A DNA stretch of 64,000 bases from a virus: positions 4,968 to 68,967 of IMG/VR virus record IMGVR_UViG_3300021963_000106; one strand, given 5' to 3'. Of this stretch, positions 50,343-59,709 are shown piece by piece. Position numbers and translations under genes: made by a program. The notes beneath the pieces were generated by a model. That model was not told the origin of the DNA. It worked only from the letters and a program-made list of their open reading frames with translations, and ran no database searches. The first letter of the stretch is position 1. Every line of letters begins with the position of its first letter.

Positions 50343-50630
50343 TCAAGCGGCCTTGCGCTTGCTGGTTTTGGTAACTTTTACCTCTTGAATTGGTAGAGCA
50401 TTTGCATTGACCAATTCATACATGGTAGCAGTAGAACGATTCACCAAGAAAAGAGTTTGATTAATAAACTTGCGAACTTTATTCACACCATCGTTCTCAT
50501 TAAATGCACGAATCAGAAACTGACTGACTCCAACAAAAATTGCAGCGATGGTAGCAATGTTCTTCACAAGAGTATCAACGAACTTCCAGTAGAATGTCAT
50601 AGTTTGTGTTAGAAACTTCTGTGAGAACAC
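50343..50630 (-). CDS. Hypothetical membrane-associated protein
   Basis: Hydrophobic segment IATIAAIFVGVSQFLI; follows copy 9. Confidence 0.65.
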   Translation of the reverse strand: MFSQKFLTQTMTFYWKFVDTLVKNIATIAAIFVGVSQFLIRAFNENDGVNKVRKFINQTLFLVNRSTATMYELVNANALPIQEVKVTKTSKRKAA

Positions 50631-50842
50631 GTCCTCACACTAGAGAGACAATCTCAGGGGCCCAGTTCAATCAACTGGGAGTTTTGCTACACTCTTACCT
50701 TTCTTATGATCTGTGATATACTTTCGTGCAGATGATTCAGTCCTGCAAAGTTTATCTAACTGTTGACCATTATGAATGATAAGATACTGGTTCCCGTAAG
50801 GAATTGCAGCATAGGTATCCTTAAACATTGTAAATCCTTCTT

Positions 50843-51388
50843 TCATACTAGAAACCTCTTCTCATAATCTAACAGTTCTTCGGGAACATCCAATACATTG
50901 TTGTTGATTGGACGTGCATATTTCCACTCTTTCTTACCACTTTCTCTCTCATACAGTTTGATGCCCAAGTGGTTATACTTCATGTTGGTTGCTACAAGAA
51001 CCTTGTAACCATCGTCTTTGTTTTGTGTCAAGAATGAGAGTGATTCGTTCTCCTTCGATGTAACAATGATCGTCCTACATGAGTACCAGAAAACTGACTT
51101 GAACTTCTCATAATCGTTCAGGTAAGTATCCTGATTATCCAGAATCATTCGACCAACAAATTGTGGCGAAAGACAGTGATCTTGAGTTGTCTTACCTCTG
51201 TTCATCTTGTTGACATAGGCATTCTCACTGATCAGACCAGTTGGGTTAGGATTGCCAGAGTCAAATACACCAAGATAGAAGTCACGGGCAAGAGCAATGT
51301 TCCACTCTGGAGATTCATTCCATTTGTGAGCATTAGCCCTCATGTTGTTGAATGTTTTCTCGCAGAAGATTTGCCAGTTGCGTTTCAT
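50843..51388 (-). CDS. Hypothetical protein, possible His-Me/HNH-like nuclease
   Basis: DHCLSP...IVTSKEN spacing reminiscent of beta-beta-alpha-Me nucleases. Confidence 0.55.
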   Translation of the reverse strand: MKRNWQIFCEKTFNNMRANAHKWNESPEWNIALARDFYLGVFDSGNPNPTGLISENAYVNKMNRGKTTQDHCLSPQFVGRMILDNQDTYLNDYEKFKSVFWYSCRTIIVTSKENESLSFLTQNKDDGYKVLVATNMKYNHLGIKLYERESGKKEWKYARPINNNVLDVPEELLDYEKRFLV

Positions 51389-51509
51389 TTTAAGAAAAAT
51401 CGGTGATTTTGTTGCGGTGGATGGGTTCTAGGTCGGTTGCAGTGAAATTGCAGAAAAATCAGGGTTTGACCCCTGATGGCCACTTGAGTCTTGGGTGAGA
51501 CTCACCGCC

Positions 51510-52010
51510 TCACATATAAGGTTGACCCTTCTCTGCCCGTTTCCTTCTCCATTCTCTCATATAAAGAGCGTGAGATGATACACTCTCTTCTGGTTCATAT
51601 TTTCCCTTGTTTGGAGGTATCCTACCTTTGAGACTTTCCTTCATTTTTACTATACTTTCTTGAGTGTGTTTTCTTCCGTAGAAATGATTTTTACTTCCCA
51701 TTCTACTTTGAGACATTCTACTCCTTGTTGTTTCTGTGAGAGTTGCTCCAGAAGTTCCATCGCCACCATTAGTTCTATTCCAAAGAATACCAGTTCCCAA
51801 ATCTTTTCTACCTAATACACTGATTAGATAGATTTCATGATTAAATGCGTCCTCTTCATTATCGAAATGTTTAAGAATTAAAACTCTATCTACTGGAGGA
51901 ACAAAAACATATCCTCTGTGGTCTCTATATGCTCTGTTACCTTTCCCCTTACCAATGTAGTAAGGTGTTCCATCTTCACGCAGATATGCGTAAGTATAGT
52001 ATTCTTTCAT
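51510..52010 (-). CDS. Free-standing GIY-YIG-type homing endonuclease with NUMOD3 (B), paralog of A
   Basis: YYTYAYLREDGTPYYIGKGK, GRKDLGTGIL.N.TNGGDGTSGA shared with A; HFYGRKHTQE. Confidence 0.85.
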   Translation of the reverse strand: MKEYYTYAYLREDGTPYYIGKGKGNRAYRDHRGYVFVPPVDRVLILKHFDNEEDAFNHEIYLISVLGRKDLGTGILWNRTNGGDGTSGATLTETTRSRMSQSRMGSKNHFYGRKHTQESIVKMKESLKGRIPPNKGKYEPEESVSSHALYMREWRRKRAEKGQPYM

Positions 52011-52113
52011 TGTAAGTCTGGGGATGACTGTATCTATTTATTCTATCATAAAAGTGGGACTTACGCAACCTTTGTCTCCCCAGACTTACAGATTGCTGCC
52101 CACATTCTATTTA
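52011..52113 (-). ncRNA. Structured leader/candidate antisense sRNA unit of endonuclease B
   Basis: 14-nt perfect inverted repeat 52011-52024/52077-52090; upstream arm sits in loop of a larger stem; two TAAATA motifs. Confidence 0.6.
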
Positions 52114-53295
52114 CCGACGTACTACACTATCAACCATCTCACCTTTCTCAAAGACAGCATCAACAACTCGTTGAAGTGCTCGTTCTGTAGATACTCCAAC
52201 TTTAGAATATACAGGCACCACACACAACCCCCAGACTTTCTCTTTGCCACCAAGGCGAAGAACACGACCGATAGTTTGAGTCATTTCGATCACATCCATG
52301 TTGCGAAGAAAGACTACTGCCTCTAGTTCGCTGACGTTGATTCCCTCACTCAAGATAGAACGATGGAGACAAACAAACTTCTTATTAGGGTCACGACCCC
52401 AAGAATTGAGAGTGTCGAAAAACACTTCACGATTTACCTTCTTGCCATCAATAATAGCCCCAGTCTTGGAGGTAATGTAGAGGTAGGAATAACCATATTG
52501 ATGTAGTTTTTCAGCACAGTCAGTGTGAGACATCAGGTTGATAAGTTGTTTCGCAGACTTAACACAAACCAGGATTTTCTTACAATCAATATCCCCCAGA
52601 GTTTCCATCAGATTGCTACTGTCACACTCAGCAGTTACCTGCTTTGGTGCAAGCACATCGAACTTCTTTGCTACAATCTTAGGAGCGATAATGTATCCAC
52701 CATCAACAAGTTCGGGAGCAGAAACGCGGCAGATGATGTCACCATAGACATCACGATCGTTCATTCCAGGTTTAGAAGGAGTGAGAGAAGTCTTCCTGGT
52801 TGCAGTGAAGAAGTAACAACGACGTGCGTTAGCAGCAAAGTGTTCAGTTGCAGGGAAAAAGTGACGTTGAACAGAATTATGTGCCTCATCAAAGTAGATC
52901 GTATCCACATCAATTCCTGCAACTTGCAGACGCGACAGAGAGTTGTAGGTAGTGAAGATCAGTTGGTGACGATTAGAAGCGGCACACATACCAGCGTGAA
53001 CAAGAATGTCACGAGGTTTGGTAGTGCTAACGTGATGAGTTTCTCCACTGTGAACGTGCAGAACTTCAGCGTTAGTGATAAACTCCAGAAACTCAGCAGA
53101 GAGTTGTTCCGCAAGAAGAATACGCGGTGCAACAACAACAATCGTCTGGGGAGTTTCAGACTGCAACTCGCGCAGACAATCATAGATCATCTTCAGAGTC
53201 TTGCCACCACCAGTAGGAACAATGATCTGACCTTTATCATGTTGTTGCATAGCAGCAACACCACGTTCTTGATGCGGACGGAGTTGGATTTGCAT
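52111..53295 (-). CDS. SF2 DExH helicase
   Basis: LRPHQ, PTGGGKT, DEAH, TAT, LSEGIN, QTIGRVLR motifs. Confidence 0.92.
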   Translation of the reverse strand: MQIQLRPHQERGVAAMQQHDKGQIIVPTGGGKTLKMIYDCLRELQSETPQTIVVVAPRILLAEQLSAEFLEFITNAEVLHVHSGETHHVSTTKPRDILVHAGMCAASNRHQLIFTTYNSLSRLQVAGIDVDTIYFDEAHNSVQRHFFPATEHFAANARRCYFFTATRKTSLTPSKPGMNDRDVYGDIICRVSAPELVDGGYIIAPKIVAKKFDVLAPKQVTAECDSSNLMETLGDIDCKKILVCVKSAKQLINLMSHTDCAEKLHQYGYSYLYITSKTGAIIDGKKVNREVFFDTLNSWGRDPNKKFVCLHRSILSEGINVSELEAVVFLRNMDVIEMTQTIGRVLRLGGKEKVWGLCVVPVYSKVGVSTERALQRVVDAVFEKGEMVDSVVRR

Positions 53296-53359
53296 TGGAA
53301 TCGGTATCTATTACAAGGACATTCTAAAGGGCCCAGTTTCATCAACTGGACCCCAACAA

Positions 53360-54460
53360 TCAAACTAGAGAGAGTTCGATTTCAGATTCGGGATGGAAGT
53401 CTAGGAGAACTTGATCCACTGGGTTTCCATCAATCAGACAAGAATGAATGAAGTGAAGTGTTTCATCGTTCATAGTTTCAATGAAGGGACCAAACATATC
53501 AAATGTTACCACATTTTCATTGAACCTTGCCCGAGACCATTCGTTGAAGCATAGTGCGAGTCGGATAGTTGCAGTTTCCATACCTGCACCATGTTGACAC
53601 TTTGCAGTCCACCAATCCTTATGTCGTTTCAGATACTGTTCACTCTTCAGATACTTCTTAAAGTTGACAGATTCATCACCCAACATGTCACAGACATTTG
53701 CAATCGCACCATCAAGTTGAGTTCGACCAGTGTTAAGTTGTTTCAGGAGAGGAATGTATTTGATGAACTTATCCACACCAAGATATACAGAACTCTTCAT
53801 ATTAGTGAGGAGATTAGTCATGTTTCCGTGACCGTCTTTGTAGACAAGTTCTGCAGAATCTACACTCACACCATAATCATTTACATGGATTCCTGCTTCA
53901 GCACAAGCGTTATCAAGTTCCTGTTGTTCTTTGGTCATACTTCCTGAGAGTTTTGCTACTCGCATCTTGGAAGTTGTTTTGACTTTTGCATTGAGTTCAT
54001 TCTTTGCATAGAAGAAGTCACGTTCTGCAGCAATCATCTCATCTTCAGTACAATTCATATCATGTTTTCCTTGACGTTGAATAGCAATCTCTTCAACACC
54101 ACAGATATAAGCCATGATTGCACGGTGCATACCATCGGGACTTGAATCTCCATACAATTCAGATACAAATGTATCAATAGTTCCTGCAGTTTTGTGAGAG
54201 AAACCACCAAACCTCTTCAGGTTATCTTGAATGTTTCCATGTTCAATCGCATCAACACGTTGAGTCAAAGTATTGATGAAGAGATCCTTAACGTTGATCG
54301 TTCGTTTTTCATCACGCAGAGGAATCTCATCCATTGCACCATCACTTTTCACACCTTTAGTTTTTTGTGCCCATGCAACAAGTTGCGGACAATACTTGTC
54401 AACAATTTGGGGAATGGTGAGAAGATACTGAGGAACTTGAGTGGTCATAATGTAGTTCAA
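53360..54460 (-). CDS. ParB-N/DGQHR-like domain protein
   Basis: N-terminal TQR...PDGMHR motif. Confidence 0.55.
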   Translation of the reverse strand: MNYIMTTQVPQYLLTIPQIVDKYCPQLVAWAQKTKGVKSDGAMDEIPLRDEKRTINVKDLFINTLTQRVDAIEHGNIQDNLKRFGGFSHKTAGTIDTFVSELYGDSSPDGMHRAIMAYICGVEEIAIQRQGKHDMNCTEDEMIAAERDFFYAKNELNAKVKTTSKMRVAKLSGSMTKEQQELDNACAEAGIHVNDYGVSVDSAELVYKDGHGNMTNLLTNMKSSVYLGVDKFIKYIPLLKQLNTGRTQLDGAIANVCDMLGDESVNFKKYLKSEQYLKRHKDWWTAKCQHGAGMETATIRLALCFNEWSRARFNENVVTFDMFGPFIETMNDETLHFIHSCLIDGNPVDQVLLDFHPESEIELSLV

Positions 54461-54502
54461 TTAAGAATTAAAGTGTTTCGGGTGGTTTCATATCTAAAAG
54501 AC

Positions 54503-54548
54503 ATTATACCACCCTTCCTGACGTTTGTGGAGGGGTCTTGTGACAGTT
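54503..54548 (-). promoter_or_regulatory. Promoter (TCCACA-17-TATAAT) preceded by AACTGTCACA box
   Basis: Perfect -10 with extended TG. Confidence 0.6.
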
Positions 54549-54550
54549 AA

Positions 54551-54706
54551 TCAACCACCGAACATTTCATCAAAAAGCCAATCACCAGAACGCTCTTTTT
54601 CTTCCCAGACTTTGTTAGCGTTCTCAATGATCATTGCCTGTTCGATCTTCACATCAATGGCAGATTTGGTCATGAACCAGTTGCCGTTGCGATCTTGCCA
54701 GAGCAT
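54551..54706 (-). CDS. Hypothetical protein (MLWQDRNGNW...DWLFDEMFGG)
   Basis: Start after repeat copy 11. Confidence 0.65.
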   Translation of the reverse strand: MLWQDRNGNWFMTKSAIDVKIEQAMIIENANKVWEEKERSGDWLFDEMFGG

Positions 54707-54760
54707 TGTGTTGAGTGTCGTTGTTATACTACTGGGACAATCCCAGGGGCCCAATAACTA

Positions 54761-55360
54761 TCAGGGTTGATAGTGTGATGCTGGTTTATCAACTCCCTTC
54801 TGAATGTCACGATGCAGTCTCTTACCAGCTCTCACAAGTTTCTTCTTCTCATCTTTAGTATATTTACCCTTGATCATATGATCTTCAGGTTTTCTTGAAC
54901 TAGAGAATCTTGAATCTTTTGCTTGTGATGTTGGTTTAGGTGTTGCCTTCTTTCTTAGAAGTTCAGTTGCTTTTGATGCTAACTCCTTACCCTTTGGTTT
55001 TTCTGTTGTTGCAGCAGCACCTTTCTTTTTAGCAGCAATTCTTGCCTGTGCAGCCTTTCTTCTTTCTTCTTTTGCTGCAGCTAATTGTGCCTCTCTAGCC
55101 GATCCACGTTCTTGTTTTGGTGCTTCAATCGTTGATTCACGTTTCTTACCAATGTCTTTGCGGGGTTTCTGAACTACAGGCGCAGTCTTTCCACCACCAA
55201 CTCTCTTTGTTCTGCGAATCTCGGGAGTTGTCTTTCTGCGAAGCCTTCCAGTTCTTCCACCCTCTCCAGTCTTAATGACTTGAGCACCAGAGCGAAACTC
55301 TGCATCATAGGTATCACCAGTTGCTTCGCAAAGAGACATAAACTCCGTGAATGTACGCAT
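54761..55360 (-). CDS. Highly basic protein, candidate internal head protein (MRTFTEF)
   Basis: Lys/Arg-rich; TAAATA upstream. Confidence 0.7.
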   Translation of the reverse strand: MRTFTEFMSLCEATGDTYDAEFRSGAQVIKTGEGGRTGRLRRKTTPEIRRTKRVGGGKTAPVVQKPRKDIGKKRESTIEAPKQERGSAREAQLAAAKEERRKAAQARIAAKKKGAAATTEKPKGKELASKATELLRKKATPKPTSQAKDSRFSSSRKPEDHMIKGKYTKDEKKKLVRAGKRLHRDIQKGVDKPASHYQP

Positions 55361-55389
55361 TTGACTATCTAAAATACTCTTTTTAGTAT

Positions 55390-55593
55390 TTAGATGTCTT
55401 CATCCTTAGGTCGCAGTCCACCTTTACTCACAAGGCCGTTATCATAGAAATACTTTACACGTTCACGACGAGCAACCATCAAGAGATCATATTCTTCTTG
55501 TTGTTGTTTAGTGAACTTGAAATCTTGACGACGCCAAGCATCTTTCAGTTCTTTGATGTGAGGCAGAACGTTCACAGTGTCAGTCATAATCAA
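55390..55593 (-). CDS. Hypothetical protein
   Basis: 67-aa ORF. Confidence 0.7.
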   Translation of the reverse strand: MIMTDTVNVLPHIKELKDAWRRQDFKFTKQQQEEYDLLMVARRERVKYFYDNGLVSKGGLRPKDEDI

Positions 55594-55775
55594 TAATCGT
55601 AGTTGGAGTTGAGATATTCGTTAATGTTGAAACTGTTAGATTCTTCAATCAGTTCCGTTAGATCTTTTTCAATGAAATCAAATCCTGGAGTTTCTTCAAT
55701 TTGAATGTCATCAAAGCAGTCCATAGTTTGTTTCGTGCTTACATTATAGGGACAATCTCAAGGGCCCAGTTTGGA

Positions 55776-55967
55776 TCAACGACTCAAGATTGCTTTCATT
55801 CTTCTTTCTTTTGCTACTTGTTGTGATCTTGCTTCTGCACCAATCTCTTGATGAACGTGTTTTCTATGTGCAACTCCACCTCTTGCCTGAGCTTGCGCTT
55901 TCATTACATTAAATGGTGTAGGATTCATGTGTGGAGTTTGTTCCATGAATTGTTTGAACGTTTTCAT
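55776..55967 (-). CDS. Candidate internal head protein (MKTFKQFMEQ)
   Basis: Capsid-targeting-like N-terminus; TAAATA upstream. Confidence 0.65.
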   Translation of the reverse strand: MKTFKQFMEQTPHMNPTPFNVMKAQAQARGGVAHRKHVHQEIGAEARSQQVAKERRMKAILSR

Positions 55968-55995
55968 CTAACCAACACTTTTTGAGTATTTAGTT

Positions 55996-57165
55996 TTATT
56001 CAAACTCGAAAGACTTGTTTGATGTTTTCATTAGTGGAGTTCGATATTCTTCATCTGTAGAAGTTTGCACAAAAACTTCTATTTTAGTCTCATCATTCCA
56101 GTGACGAATCACACCAGCAACAATAAAGGCATTAGTAATCAAATAAGTCGCAAAAATAAAAGTTCGGATAAGTGCTACCTTATCCGATTCACGATCACAT
56201 TTACTTGCTTTTTCTCCCAATGCTTTAGCCCACCATCGCCAAGCAGTCTTGTTCTTCTTCATACTTTGATTGTCTTGACTTAACATACTTCAATTCTTTC
56301 CAATCTTCTTTGTAACAAACCACTAGCAATCTTTCATTTGCATGAATGGGACAAGCGTTATAGTTTTCTGTATCTTTGGGACGAACAACATATTCAATCG
56401 TTATGTATTCGTCATCCCTAAAATAAACCCAACCTTCAACATCTTTTGTCCATTCAACATAATCATTGACTTGTGGTTTGTATGTCATACAAAGAACGCA
56501 TCTAATGGGGACTGTTTAATAGGCATCGCGGTGTAATTCCGCGTATCCTTGATATTTACACAAGCACCGATGGTTTTACTATTGATGGGGGCGAAGTATT
56601 CTCTGGTCTTGGATTTATAGAATCCCCAGATTGTCCTTGTGGGAGCACCGTTATTGTAATCAAACTTGCGATTGCAATACAACCATATAGCAACAACTCC
56701 ACGCTTGAATTCTTCAAACTCATAATAATAACCTTTTGGTGCTTTGTGAGGAAACTCAGCAATCATAGAACTTATCACGCGACATATACTCAATTTGCTT
56801 CTGCAGTTGTGAGATTTCGTGTTCTTGTTCTGCAATTTTATTTTGCAGTTGTTCAATACGTTCTTGATACTGTTTCTTCAAATCAGACACCATTTGATTG
56901 GTGTGAGTAACGTGGTTAGTCATCAGGTGGTAAAAGATTCTACAACTTCGGATTCTACATTTTCTGAAAGAGCAAATGTTACAGCATTAAGGATGTTTTC
57001 TCTCAAGTCACTGTAGTGTTTTTCATAGAAATTGCCATTGTCTTCAGCGGAGATAAGATCAAAACACTCATCATCATCCTTTGCGACTACATTCCAAACT
57101 CCACCATACTCAGAAATAGGAAAGGGAACGTAATGTTGAACAATGTAAAGAAACTTTTGTGCCAT
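55996..57165 (-). CDS. Operon of small hypothetical ORFs (55996-~56262, 56225-56488, 56485-~56766, 56923-57165)
   Basis: Overlapping ORFs downstream of the promoter at 57189-57217. Confidence 0.7.
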
Positions 57166-57188
57166 TTGTTTGTGTAGATTACCTCTTA

Positions 57189-57217
57189 ATTTTAATTGTT
57201 ATCGTACTCTTTGTCAA
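57189..57217 (-). promoter_or_regulatory. Sigma70-type promoter
   Basis: TTGACA-17-TAAAAT. Confidence 0.75.
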
Positions 57218-57801
57218 TCAAATCATCCCCATCAGATGCAACTGAAAGAAATGCAAATCCCATCGTTGCAAGAATACCCAATGCAAATCCAGCAATAAAC
57301 TCCATTAGTAAAAATTCGATCTAGACAAGTATTTTTTATAAAGATAAAGGTTAAATGCAGTTCCTCCAAAGAGGACTGCAAATGCAGTTCCAATGATAGC
57401 AATCATCAATAAAACTCCGCAAGATAATAGTCAACAGGTACTTCAAGTTTTGCTGCCTCGCGTTCAACTTCTTTCCAGAACTCTTCTGCTACTTTATTCA
57501 TTTCTGCTTGTTTAATAAGATCACGGAGTCGTTTTGAAATCATTTAGAGTTCTCCTTAAGTTGATATTCTTCGCGTGGATACATTACCTTGAGGTAATAT
57601 ACCATAATGGATGATACAAATGCAACCAGAGTAGTATAGATTGTTATAGCAAATCCAATACTCATTTCATTTGTTGAATTGCTTGATGACGATAGTATGC
57701 TTTATACATTGCATCATCACGCTGAATTAGAAAGACATTCCAACCAAGAATGACTGCAAAACCAATCAATCCAGAGAAAACATACTTGCGGTTTGTGTTA
57801 T

Positions 57802-58218
57802 TCATACGGCAAGAGCAGCAGAGGGGATTTCAACAACTTCAGGAAGTTTTTGTTCATAACAGTTCATATCATAACATATCCATTCACCATTGCGGAACAC
57901 ATAAGCATACTCTTCATCTGAGTTGTTCTTTTTCAGATACTCACAGAGGTCAGAATCAAGACGAGGAGGGCAATCTTCACCACGTTGGGAATAGTATTCG
58001 GGTCCATAAACACCCTTCACACCACTATCATCCCAACGAGAATCAGTCCAACAGGAACTCATATCACCACCATCAATTAGTTCTTCAACAAGAGAACGTG
58101 AATTGTAGTGAGTCTTCAGGATGCGACCCAACCATTCGGGATAACCATCCCAGTGGTGATACACAGAGAGAATGGAACCATCCTTAAGTTCAAGACCAAT
58201 GCGAGAGCGGGTTGACAT
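57802..58218 (-). CDS. Phage hypothetical protein (MSTRSRIG...YHHWDGYP)
   Basis: 138-aa ORF following repeat copy 13. Confidence 0.8.
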   Translation of the reverse strand: MSTRSRIGLELKDGSILSVYHHWDGYPEWLGRILKTHYNSRSLVEELIDGGDMSSCWTDSRWDDSGVKGVYGPEYYSQRGEDCPPRLDSDLCEYLKKNNSDEEYAYVFRNGEWICYDMNCYEQKLPEVVEIPSAALAV

Positions 58219-58522
58219 TTGAAAATTGTCCTTACACTATAGGGACAATCTCAGGGGCCCAATAACTATCAACCTCCCTTTTCCCTCAAACTCCTTACAA
58301 GATATTCAGTAAACTCTTCCATTTTTTCAGGCACAACTGCTTGAGGACGTTGGTTAATTGCATTTTTAAGTGCCGTCATTTCTTTCCATTCATCATCGGT
58401 CAGTTTTTCTTGTTTTCCAGATGAAAGGGTCATAATTTTTCTCCCGAATACTCTCTTATGTTATCATATCCTAATAAATTATCTAGACATTTAACAATCT
58501 CTTCGGGATTGATTAACACTTC

Positions 58523-59707
58523 TTAATCATCAAAGAAAGAACCAAAAGATCCACGACTTCCTGGTTTTCGTTCTTCCAACATATCCATCAACTCTTCAAT
58601 TTTCTTACAGTTCTCCATATCAAGGAGAAGTTGGGAAAGTTGCTTTACGACCAAAGGTTTTTCAGAAGTCGATGCAACACGAATGGCAGCACGAAGATGA
58701 GATTCTGCTTCTAAAATATGTTCTAAAGTTTGTTTACTTAAGGCCATTAAGTCTATCCTCACATTTAGTATAAAAAGTCCCATTAACATAACAGGACTTG
58801 CCAGGTTCATAATATTTTACCACAGAAGGTTTTGGTTGGTCAAGAGTGCAATATCCACGATTGGACAATGCACTTTCAACACACAACATTAAAGCAGCAG
58901 GAGCTAGAAGTTTAATTGTGTACATTACACTTTTCTCATTTCAAAACTACCATCACCACGATCAATCCACTGCACAATATCCCCTTCTTTAAGATTTGCC
59001 GCTTCTAAAAGATCATCGGGAAAAGTAACTAGATATTCATCTTCTCCTGGATATTTTTCTACAGGAAGTTGCCACTTTACAACTTTATCTTTGTAGTGTT
59101 TTAGATATTCTTGATGACTCGATTCCCAAAAATCATTCCAAGCACCTTGACACTCTGGTGATGTGTCATCTTTATCACAACTCAAGATTTCATTTAGATG
59201 ATTCTGATATTTGTTATTGTCAACACCACTATTCAAAAGTCCAAGAAGTTCATATGCTTCAGATGCTTTTTGTTTATATGTGTAATAATTATCCTTTACT
59301 ACACCAACAATAACATCATAGATTTCTTGCGGTGTTGCTTCACCTGCAGACATTGCATCATGCAACCAATTCTCAAGATTTTCAAGAGAATACTTTTTAT
59401 AGTCCATAATCAATCTCTTGGTTTGGGTTTAGAGCAATCGTGGCAATAGTATGAGAAACCATCGCGGAAGTATTTTACCACCTGATAGTGGTCTTTGTCA
59501 AGTGGTTTTTCCACTCCACATTTATCACAAATCCTTGTCTTTTTTGATAGACTTTCGGATTCGTTTGAGTTCTTTGAGTTCCATTTTAATATTTTTGTAA
59601 GCAGCGTCAGCATCTAGTTTGCCTCCCATTTCCATTGCAATAATTACATCGACTCTTGTGCCAAAGTGCGCTAGTGCTCGTTCAAAATCGCTATCCAATT
59701 CATACAC
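58523..59707 (-). CDS. Run of hypothetical ORFs (58523-~58747, 58734-58925, 58925-59413 with AbrB-like C-terminus, 59410-~59540 CxxC, 59525-59707)
   Basis: Coupled ORFs; LVTFPDDLLEAANLKEGDIVQW resembles an AbrB/MazE fold. Confidence 0.65.
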
Positions 59708-59709
59708 GA

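Larger units (their letters stand above)
43521..58264 (-). repeat. 13 dispersed copies of a 32-bp cassette-head element, at 43521, 45181, 45593, 46245, 46465, 47257, 48121, 49350, 50636, 53307, 54725, 55740, 58233
   Basis: Minus-strand consensus AACTGGGCCCCTGAGATTGTCCCTATAGTATGA; same orientation, always between a stop and the next start. Confidence 0.95.

Noticed and set aside
52525-53451. 308-aa plus-strand ORF (and the other plus-strand track ORFs)
   Set aside because: Antisense shadows of clear minus-strand genes; no motifs or expression signals
43521-58264. Repeats as a CRISPR array
   Set aside because: Intervals range from 220 bp to about 2.7 kb and contain whole genes; no cas genes in the window
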